Below are positions 12,901 through 24,900 of a stretch of 64,000 bases of DNA, one piece after another. The translations under genes were made by a program, and so were the position numbers. Position 1 is the first letter of the stretch; each line of letters begins with the position of its first letter. The stretch lies in the NCBI GenBank assembly GCA_051362555.1, contig CM120641.1, positions 35,284,401 to 35,348,400 of the forward strand, given 5' to 3'. Origin of the DNA: Lingula anatina. Taxonomy: Eukaryota; Animalia; Brachiopoda. The notes below the pieces were generated by a model. It was not told where the DNA came from, ran no database searches, and saw nothing but the letters and a program-made list of their open reading frames with translations.

Positions 12901-15900
12901 CTTCTGTAATGTTGAAATATCAACCTTATCTTGTCAGATTTCAGTCTTGCCTAGTCAGATTAAAATTTTTATTTGTAATATTTTTTAAATATTTTTTGGC
13001 ATGGGCATAATTGAAATTTCAATTTTGCCTAGGCCGATTTGAAATCTGATTGGATTTCAATCTGGCCTGCTGTTTATATAAAGCAACTCCTTCTTATCAT
13101 GTTTTTTTTAAATAATGCAAAACAGGGTTTTGGTTATAATCAATGGTAATTAGCTACATTATCTGTTTAATGCAGCTCTCTTTAAGCGAGCATAGAACAG
13201 TTAGAGTAGCTTATGCATGATCGTCAAATTTTGCCTGGTTTCAGCAAACATTTGGAAAGAATAAAAGCTGAGTTTTAGAATCGGTTCATTAGACAGCATC
13301 CATATTTACACATACACAAACACAGAGTATGGTCTTTAAGATAAGGGAAGCAAGTGATTTTGATCATTCATGCCCAGGCCTTATCTGAATTTTATATTTC
13401 ACCAAGGCAAATTACTAGTCTTTTGTATTCCGTTCAGATAATTTTGAAGATGAAATTAGGACTAATGGCTTTGATACAATTTAATGCTCTCATGTTGTAC
13501 ACACTTAATTGAAATGTCGTGTTTTTTATGAGTGCATTAAGTAACCCAGGTGTGTAATCAATTGGAACTGAGGTGTAGTTATGATGTGGAAATGTTTTAT
13601 GGTTCGAAATGATTGCGTGATTTCCCAGGAACTGGTGATCAATTTCTGTCGTGGTAGGTTGTCGGTGATGGAAGGGAAACATGCAGCTCAACTTCTACAA
13701 ATTGACAGCAATCACTCTGTTTAAGCATCTCGCCAGCACACAGTTTTTGATCACAAATTATTGATTTTTGAGCATTGGGAATAGCAGTAAGTACCAGGTT
13801 TGCTGTGGTTATAAATACATAGGAGCAAAAAAAGTATCAGTTTTTGCCAGTTTGTTCTACTGAGTCACTGATTCTTCTGTGATTGGCTGTATGGGTGCCA
13901 GCTTTGTTGAACCGAACAATATTGCAGTTACTGTGGCATCAGAGTTAATCAAGCAAAGAATTTAGAGGCAGTTTATGCAATCACAGCAATACGACTTCAG
14001 ACCAACTCGTATGGAAAGCGAAGACACCAGGATAGAATAGTGGAATTATTCAAGCACTTTCGAAGCAGTTTTGTCACTTTTTTGCAGCCAGTAATGCTGT
14101 TGGAAGATAATATGCAGGAAATGCTGCGTGAAATTTCTGGAATTGGTCTTGACTAATGTTGTTGTTGTGCTGTAAAAAATAAGATGTTGGCGGCAGGAAA
14201 ATATTGTTTGTGCTCCATCTTCAGGGAGGTATGAAATCATAAATGGTGATTTTTACAGTTTGATATTAGTGATCTGAAAAAGGAATGATTAAATTTGAAA
14301 TATTTGTGTTAGCTGTTACGTTTTTCAGTATTCAGTAATCTTTCTGAATGGTAGAAATTTGAAATATTTAGCATTGAAAAAATTTATATCTTAAGATCTG
14401 TGAATCCAACAAAAATTTCAAAAATTCATTTCAGTGGTCTCTGAAATTGACAGTTTCAAAAGAACATCTCTACCAGAAGTGCCTTCAATAACTCAATCAC
14501 ACCTTGCAAACGTCCTTTGAGATGATAATTGTTTCTTTCGTTTTCCCTTCAATCTTTTATTGTATATCATTTTTCTATATATAAATTAATGATAAATCGA
14601 GAATATTTTGATAAAGGAGCTCCCACTAAGTGACCAAATCAAATGGTTTCAAATTGTTACTTCCAAACACAGAAGAGGAACCAAGATAAGCCAATTAAAT
14701 CGCAACATCAACATTATCCACATTTATTTTGCACCTTGCATATAGGTTGGAAAATATTCAGAAGCAAATAATAAAGGTTTTAACCAATAAGTAGTCACAT
14801 TGCTGCCAGGTGAGAGTTTACAGCGACCTCTGTAAGTGTTTAAGCTAGCTTATTTCAAGATTCATTTAAAGTGAAATTTTGGCCACAAAAGCCGACCAAA
14901 TGCCAACATATTGTTTCAAATAGTATACCTAAACCATATTTCTCTTTTTTTTCCCCAGAATGTTCCAGGAACAGGTCAAAAGTCCAAAAGTCAATTTTCG
15001 CCTGCCATGTATTTGATCACATGGTGTCAGGAGGTCACTAAAGGTCACAAAGGGGTCAAGGTCACCAATATGACAACATCCTGGAGAAATGGATTAGCGT
15101 TTTGCGCAGTCATTCATTACTTCAGGCCTGATTTAATGTAAGTACATGATGCTTGATTGATTTTCTATGCTGTTTCATCCGTTCTGGCTTAACGAAATCA
15201 TTCCAGACTTGAGCTCAAGGGTCATGATCGGTAGTCCATCCCCTGCGTGCAATATTCAGCAAGTGGAAGGAAAGAAATTGAGAGCAGACTTAATTACAGG
15301 ACTGTTTTCACAACAAGATTCAGCTTGGGGAAAGTGAATTCAAATTTTATCTTGATTGATTTCCAATTTGCATGGAGATGATTATGACTTGCTCTTAGTG
15401 TTTTGTGTTTTCATCGTCAAATGGGTAATATGTTCGTTCTAACATGATCGTTAATGGCACTTTTGGGACTTTTTTAAACTCTGTTCATTTTACACCCTGC
15501 TTTGGAATTATTGTAAGCAATTATTGCTAGTTTTTTATATTATTCATAGATAGTTCTGCCCTTGTGCCATTATTCCAAGTTTCATGTTCACAAGTTGAAT
15601 CAACTTTTTTAATCAATGTTTCATCAGATATAATAAAGCATAGAAAAATGACAGCTCACTAATTACACTGGTGACTATTTTCAAAGGGATGAAAAAAGTG
15701 TACAATTAGTATCTTTTATCAGTGATAAACCAACTGCAACACCCTATTGTGTCCGTTTGGCTCAAACCTCTGGTGCCACAGACATTGATTACCTAGTCGA
15801 GTGTGTATGTACAAGTCATTATGGCCATCTTCACATCCGGAATACAGCTCTGCTAGCTGTAATATTCCTAGTAATTCAGCAAGATCCCATCAAGAAAATT

Positions 15901-18900
15901 CAATTCTTCACACAGGCAACTGGATGCATAACTTGCAGCATTGCTACTGACAGCTCTAAATGTCATTTTGCTCAGTAACTCCGTTAATAGAACAATAATA
16001 TGGCACATTTACCACAAGGTTGCAGTCGAATGGCCAGTGGATGTGACGACATGGGCTATATACTTGTGTAATAGTTCTGACGGCTCCATTTTTTACTTTC
16101 AGAGACTTTGACAGTCTGTCTCCCCATGACATCAAGGGAAATAACAAAAAGGTGAGAGAAAGTTGAACCTCTTTGCATTGCTGATTGACTGGTTTGATTA
16201 AACTGTGGGCTCTGCGGTGAGCGTATTGTGACACCAGGCATTCCACTCAATTAATACTGATAGAAAATTACCATAGCCACTGGAGTGTGTGATGAGGCTA
16301 CAGTTAGTCACAGTCAGTGTTAAAAATCAGACAACTTTTAGTAAGACTTCTGGTTCTGGAAAGATATTTGAAAAAGTGGAGTGAGAGGGCTAAGACTCGG
16401 ATGAATAGTTCTATTTTGGCCAACCAGAAAAGGTATGTCACAAATTATGATATGTTTGAGAAAAAATGTAGGCAGTGAGTCTGTTCATGAACATGTAGAT
16501 GAATAAATACAAATGCACAAAACTGTAGCATGAGAACATTGCAGTGCAAGAACTGTTTGTGAAACAAGATCTTATGTTCATAGCTTAATAACATTGACAG
16601 TCATGTTAGGCATATACTTGTACCTACTTTTATTTGTTAAATGTTTTTAAAAATCAATATTCAGAAGTATCCAGAGTGACTTAAACAAGATGTGTTCAAT
16701 AAAAGAGTGAACACCTTGACTATGAAGCATACCACTGAAAAATTTAGAATTGAAATACATTTATGGAAATTTTATCCCAACTTCTCTTGATTACACATAA
16801 TCCATAACTAATGAGCCAAAATGGATATTAAGAGTGCTTCTTCCCCATAACTGAACACTAGTTGGAAATTGTTGTTGGGAAAGAATTCCGCCTAATTTTG
16901 TAGAAAGCTTTTAGCTGCCATTTTCAGAATGAATATAAATGAAAACCATCACTTAACTATAATGTTTTCTTATATCGGGTTGCTGTCTTAGAGCTTTCTT
17001 ATATCGGGTTGCTATCTTAGAAATCAATTTGGGAAATACAAATGGAATTTATGGCCAAGATATGATATATTGATAGTAAGACATTAGGCAATAGATCAAT
17101 GAATTTTTGAGTACTGTTATGTTGGCAACATGTAGTACGATTTCGTTTTTCAAATAAGGCCAGATAAGTTGGTAAACAGGGAAATATAGACAAAAAACTT
17201 TTTGTAATGTATTATATTATGTATGTACTAGTAGCTACATTTTAGGGTTTTCTTTAGAATTTTATTTTAGGGGTAGGAAACGCCAAATCTAACAGTGTCA
17301 GTGATTTAGAGCATAAAATACAGCAACAAAAATTTGGGGGGGGAGCAGTTGTTTTTCTCCTTACCGAAGCAATTTCCATTTTTTTTCAATTGAAACAAGT
17401 TTGATTTCCTCAAACTTAAGAGTTGAAAAAAAAAGCTAATTAGGAGCATGGCCTGGTCACCTATCACAAGCCTGCTGATGCCGTAGCTTACTTTCACATT
17501 TGAACTCCATCTTGACAAGTCCACTCATAGAAAAATGATGAAGCGATGATGGTAATAATGATTGTACAAGACAATTTTCAGATTTTAAACCTTGCCAGCT
17601 TGATGACTCCCCACAGGGGGGGATTACTCCCCAGTGATCAGCCTTATCTTTTTAAACTAGCATCTGGTAGATTAAAAAGAGATGAATCAGATAATTGCTA
17701 CTGATCATTGGAATTTCAAATCTGTCCGAAGACCTCCCTTTGTGCTGGGAAATTCAGATTAGAAAGTCCCCTGACCATGTCATTATGCTGGTAATGATTC
17801 TCGTTTTTTAAAGCAGAAATGACCACCTGTGTTTGATAAAAAATTCTCTTTGAATTTGAAGAAGATATCTCTGTGTATTTTAAATGCATTAGCAGAGATA
17901 GCTGGAAGAAAGTAGTGTAACTGATTGAATGATTTTTAAACATATTTCAATCATATTTTTGTTTGTTTTGGTTTTTTTTTAACCAATTAGGGACAAGAGT
18001 GGAATAGGGTTTTCATTTTATGATCATTATTTAGATAAAGCTTCAAATTAATGAATGAAGATCAGTATAGAAATTGCAATTAATGGCAGCTGCAGAAAGC
18101 GTAATATATTTTGATAAATGAATCATCATTGCTACATTTGTCATGACATTAGTACACATGTGTATTTATTGATTGTCCTCAGTTTTCGTAATACTGAATC
18201 ACAAACATTCGATGTTTTAGCCATTTCTTGTGGTGCCCAAAACCTGTTCATACGTAGGACTAAGTTTGACTTGAAATGGACTTAACTACACTGTTTGATG
18301 TCTTTTAAAAACCAGATTCATTAACATGGAATTTCAAGTCCAAGGCACAATGGAGATTTACATGTAATATGTGTCTGATGACTGCACAATCTGGTTTAGT
18401 CAATTTCAAGTCATAGATATTCTTGTTTTGCAAGTCTCTTGATGCCATTTGAACCATATGACAAACATGTTCTAGATATAGTTATTACATATTTGACTGA
18501 CGGGTTATCATACAACATCACTGTATTTCTACAGGCATTCGATGCTGCAGCCAGCCTGGGCATACCAAAAGTCATGGAGCCATCTGACATGCAGTTACTA
18601 GCAGTTCCAGACAAACTCTCCGTTATGACCTACTTATATCAGTTAAGGGCCTTCTTCACTGGACAGTCACTGGAGGTCCACCAGATTGGGACCAGTGCTA
18701 ACGAGAGTACTTACACTGTAGGGGAATTTGATACTGATAGTAGTGCTAGGATATCAAAAGAAATGTACGGTAAGGAAACAGAGAGTAAAGAAAAGAAACC
18801 ATTCAGAAAGGGAAAATCGCCCACCAAAGACAAGAGGCAAAGTGTAAAAGATGACACAACAGTCAAAAACAGCACTGTCAGAAAGGCACAGACTTTACCA

Positions 18901-21900
18901 AAGAGACTTCCCACTGATGAACGTTTCATGTATGACAGCAGGAGTTCTGAAGAGAGAAGTACGACTAGCGAGGACAGATCAAAGAGCAGTAAGAGCCCTA
19001 GTCCTGCTGTAGAACTGCCTGCTCCGGTGACACAAGTGCAATTAAGTACAGATAATGTGGAAAAGCCAAAGTTAATGACAAGGAAACAATACTACAATCC
19101 ATTTGACTCTAGTGATGATGAGGAGGAGGAGACAAAGCCCTCCGTATCATCTGATGTTGTTGATAATGGTGCTAAAAAAGAAGAAATTTCTGCTACCCCT
19201 GCCGCTGCCGCTATTGAAAAAGAAGCATCAGCAGTTCAAGAGAGTACACCAAAGAGCGAACCCCAAGCTGCAAAGCAGCACAGATACAGGTAATTCTGCT
19301 TTTAATACGAATTATATCTTAAATAATATCTAAATCAACTTTGACTTTTATACTGAAATAGTCTGCTTGAACATCAACTGTATTATCAGTATATGTATAC
19401 TATTTTCAGTACTGAACAGTGATGGCAATGCTGGGTACATACTGGGTAGAGGTTGATAACTGCCAGTAAACTGAACCATTGCGCATGTAATAAGCTATGC
19501 TGTATTTTTCTGAGATTATGAAATATGTTACTTGTGTAGTGCTTGCGTGCAATTTTTCAATTTACTAACTTTTGCCCTGCCCAGTGGCCTATTATAAAGA
19601 GTCATAAATATTTAATTGGTCTCCATGTTTTTCAATGTTAGAAAGAAAAGGGATGCTCCAAAGCCTCCTGTCCAAATAGACTCGAGTGCCAAGGAGTCCT
19701 CTGACAACAAAGAAAAGACCAAGGAACAGTCTAGTACAAAGGTATACTTTGAAAGCCCATGTAAGATGCAGCTAAATCTGATAGCTGTTATAATGGTAGT
19801 GGCATATATGAATAGAACTTATGTCTCCAATTTGTAGTTTATAGAATGAATTACACATTTATTTTTAAAAAATCCTATTGGTCTCAATTATTTAAATTTT
19901 TTGTGAGAATTGTTTTTCATCAGTTTCTTTAAAATAATGCTGTAAGCATTAAATTATTGGAATGTTTCATTCCACACCAGACTTAAATAGACTACCATAT
20001 TAATTAAATACCTAAGCAAATCACATAGCATTGTGGTCTTATGTTCAGACTAAGAGCCGCCACTTGCCCAGTGTTCCAGCCAGTAAATCAGAGCCTGCCT
20101 TAAAGACGGTTGCTGCCAGAAGTCCTGTCCAGTCCCCGACAACACCACAAGAAGCTGGACCATACCAGGTACGAATCAACAGTGTACTGATGCGGTATAT
20201 AGTACTCAATCTATGTACTAGTAGTTTGACATGCTTTCATATTATAATATATAGATATATCTAAAAAGAAATGGAATAACAAATATAATTTCATGGCTTC
20301 TGTTGAACTCCTACAGTCAGCTTATTTAAAGATCATCTACTGGACATGACAAGAAATAAGTCTCCATTTTCAGAGACAGAAATCCCGCCACGATGAGCTG
20401 AAGGACCGTGCCAGACAGCTCCTAGAGCAGGCCAGAATGGACGCCGCCTCTCACAACCATCCAGAAAATAGAACCATTGTCAGGGGGCAGGAGGTGACCA
20501 CCAGTATGAAGGTAATACAACTATAGCTTCATGTTAGTTAGGCATTTTATCCAGCTGTTACATTCTTTACTTTTAATTAAAACATTTATTTTACCTTCAG
20601 TCTTTGACAGTTGGCTTTGATTGATTAAGGACTGCGCTGATACAAGATGTCAGGCTTTAGAAGCATGTAAAAAATAATTTGATTTTCAATGACTCAGAAA
20701 ATAAGCCTGGATGATATTGCAACTTATATTTTGATTGGTAAAACCACTGGGTTGACAGTAGTTACTCATACACCCTGCAAACTGCTGTTTTAGGTAAACG
20801 ATGAAGTACGACAACAGCAACTCCGAGAACGTGCCCGCCAGTTGATCTCGGAGGCAAGAGCCAGCTCTGGGAAACCAGAGGTTAAAAACATCACTGAGAT
20901 TATATCAGACAACAGCAAGAGGGCAGGTAAGAGTTATGACTAGATAAGGTATTGCTTTCCTTTTACAGTTAAATGTAATATTTATATATTAGTATTATCA
21001 TTATTTATTGTGCTTAATATGATTTGGGTTAAAGTTGTGAAAAAAGGTGCTTTGATCATTTGCTTTCTTTTAAATCTTCAAGTTGTGTTTTCTGTTTATT
21101 GCTATGTTTTTTTCCCTCTGCTCCCTAAAGTCCCTTTACTTATTTACCCCTTTTCCTATAAAAATAGATGTAATTTGATAATAATGATAACAATAATAAC
21201 AAGTAATTGTATGCAAAATGAGCATTTCAATGAACTTTTAAAATGAGGTTACTTATAGATATTTTCCTTCATATATTATGCAAATGAGGTTACTTATAGA
21301 TATTTTCCTTCAATATACTATGCGTTTATTAGAAAAAATCACTGAACAACAATTACTAGCATATATTGTATTAGCAAGAATGACAGATTGACATTTCCAT
21401 GTATGTGGACCTGATAGTATCATTACAGTCATCTCTTAAAGTTGATTTTTCTTTCATTATTAAATCATCCTGTCATGTCCAATTTCTCTCTCCTTCCATC
21501 TTGGTTGGCTGATCATTGTTTATTGTGGTGCTGGCACTGGTGAACAGAACGCTTGGGTGTTAAGTTCTACCAGTTTAAGAGAAATTCCTTGGGCAGAAGG
21601 GGTAATTTCAATGTGTACTGACTATGCAGCCTTTTGATAATAATTAACGTAGGACTAGTGTGTGAATGTAGGCATAATTAATAGGGCAAGCATGAGAACC
21701 TGTTACTAGTAGTTGGTGGGGTATTAAAAGCATGTGCTTTATAAAGAAAGAATGGATATAGTTTTACATTTTTTACAATCAGGTGACAAATATTGATTTT
21801 TTTGTGAGATAGTTATTGCACTGCAGTAGTTAGAAAATTAGACTTTTTAATAGAAAAAACTACAATGAATGATTTTTAGATGTGAAGAAAAATTTGCTTA

Positions 21901-24900
21901 GAGCATTAATACCCTTACCCTTTTTAAAACCTGCATCTGAAATTTAAACAGTTCATCAAGCATGAAGAATTATAACCAGTTTTAGCTAGTAACAGTAATA
22001 TATTTTAAGTATTGATGAAATTAAAAGCCTTCTAGCATAGAATTTTCACGTAGCTATTTCTATACGAAAGCCAAACCCAAAATCTCTAAGAATATTGTGC
22101 ATTTGAGTAAAACTAATTCCAAATGCTTTTTCCAGAAAATGAGCTGTCAGCTTTGCCTTTAATATTAGCTTTTTTATTGGCACAGTCGGGCTTTGACTAA
22201 TATTTACAAAATGTGATAAGATATATCTGTTCTTAGAACAGGGAGTGTTTGTGCTATTATATTATGGTGTTTCAGTTTTCATTTTAAGGCAAGCTTGCAT
22301 GTTACAACAGTATCCATTAACTTACAATGCAGATGGGTGGTTGTCTAGCTTGCTTCTTCCAATGATGGAATGTGTGATGATTTTAATACCGTAATATATC
22401 AGATTGGATTAAAATTTTGTAACATGAAAGTTTTGCATAAAGCATATATTATTAACTACTGTTATTATGTTTAGGGTACATTTTGTTTATGAAAGTTTCT
22501 TGTAGGTAAAGTCTTTATAGTTGCTCTAAGTGCATTTTGTATTTAAATTGTTCAAGTATACTTACGTAAATAAATATTGGCTCTTTAATGAAAATTCTCA
22601 CTCGTTACGTAGATGTAGAAACATCTGAAAAAGATAACAACCCCCCTGCAGCAGATCCAAGTACAGCTACTGATGGCCGCCTGAAGAAACTGATGCTGTC
22701 TCGTCCACAATTAGCAACAACCCTTGCAACAACTGCAGCCAAGCTGGAGGCCTCTCAAAATGTAAGTAACAGTTCATTTAGTATGCAAACACAGAGATAA
22801 ATAAAACAGAGTTTTTTCAATTTTCATATTGAATTTCTTATAAGTGGTTATGCAGTGGTTATGCATTTTAAGAACTGTTCATGTTTATGGAATAAGGAGA
22901 ACATTTTTGAATGTGGCACTTTAATAGATCGACTTGTGACTTGTTAGAAATTTTGTTTTTTATGATACAAGGATTGTAATTTGAAAATGAGGGATGACTA
23001 TCAAATTTTGATTTTGTGGACACCATTTTCTTAGATTTTGCATGTTTTAAACAGTATTCACACAATCATTAGATATTAACTACTTGTAAGATCTTTGATG
23101 TGATAAATATGCTTTAAAGAGATTTTAAATTTTTAGAAATATTTTTAATACTAAAAATATCTCAGTGAACTGTACATTTGGATACCAATTACTTTTTAAT
23201 TGCTGTATATTTTAGAATACTAAAGAGGAAATTAGGCGACCATCTGGTGAAAGGACTTCTCCTGTAAAACCAGCCACACCTTCTAAAGGTAAAAACTTAT
23301 CTTTCATATATGTTGCCAGTGTTTTTTTGATGTATTTATTTTTGTGAACTGAATATACTTCATACAGTAATGTGAATGCTTGGAAAAAATCAAGATCATG
23401 ATTATGGTAAGATAATGGTGTTTAAATAGAGAGTGTTTCAGTAAGACAAGCTCTTAATTAGGTTTATGTTTTTATTTTCTTTTATTTTTCTCAGATGAAT
23501 TGAACAGTGGTGGGGAGTCCGAGTCTGAAGGGGAATCTGGAGAATCGGACAACATTGAAGTATGAGGAAGAGTGTAGATTTATAATTGCACTCTGAATAT
23601 CCATAATAATAAGATAATCTAATGATTATTCCACTTCTGAAAATGTTTTATAAAGGAATGCTTTAAAAGATAAAACTTAATGTTTATAATTTATTGTTCC
23701 CTTCATATAACTTTTTGAAAACTTTACATGAAACTTGTTTTCAGAGGTTTTTGATCATTTACTGAATTCAGGCCATTGTCCAAATAATGTGATTTTGTTC
23801 TCATTAAAAACTGTAAATACACATGTTGTTTACAGGACTTACTTGATACCAATGAATATGTGAACAATGAGATGGCTGCCTTGGAGCGGGAGCAGAAACA
23901 GATAGATCGCAGAGCGGCGGAGGTGGAGAAAGCCCTGCGTAAAGTCATGGATGATGGTAAGTGCGAGGGACAGAAGACTAACACCCAACAGTTTAACATT
24001 TGACAGTATGTACATGATGTTGGCTTCTCTACATGCACAGTAAGAGAGAGAGATGTTTATGTGTTCTGTTTTTTCTTGCCTTTTTCCTTTCGCTGCGGGT
24101 GATGAAAGTGTAGAGTTCAAGGAACAGTCAATGTTCACCTGAATCGCGTAAAAGATTTTTTAAATATCATTTTAAAAATTGTGATATATTTTGATAAAAC
24201 ATGTAATTAAAGAGCAATATTTAAATTTGCTTTGGGGAAAAAATGAAAAAAATAAACTAACAAAACTGAACACAGTGAGCATCTCCTTCAGTGATAAACT
24301 TGGTTCCTGTGCATGCTAGACTAAAGGCGCATTTACACTGAAGATAAGTCGACCCTTTTCTATACAACACTGCTCTGTGGGTTGTCTGACTAAGCTTAGC
24401 TCACCATAAGTAAAGCAGCATGTGTTATATCTCTATTCACCCACCCTACTGCCTTTACAGGTCATAACACGTGACTAATATTTGAAAATAAAGAGATGTC
24501 ATTTGCTGCCTATAATAAGTTAAGCTTAGTTTGTTTCAAAAAGGCTGGTACATAGAAGAGTAGACCTATCCCCATGTCAGTGCGCCTTTGGATTAAAGTT
24601 AGATTTTGTAGTGGATGGTGGAGAAGGTAAGAGTTTTTTAGTAGTAATCCTGCATGATCAGTTAAATGGGTGTAGAAGTTGTTTATTCATAACACAAATA
24701 CAAAAGCAGTGGCAGAACCCACTGTAGTAATATCTACTAACAATACCTGTGTACTCGACAGGTAAGTGATGTCTTTGGTGAAAGGCTGGGATGGGCCAAA
24801 GGGTCACTGAGGCGAGTGCCTGGTCCTGAACCATGTAGAGTTAGTGGAGTACTTGCACTTTGCATGAGCTCAATATTATTGTGCATGATGTTAAATTATG

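Noticed and set aside
11774-24038. Minus-strand ORFs at 11774, 18411, 18711 and 23724 (also 62131)
   Set aside because: Antisense shadows of real EHBP1 or Otx exons
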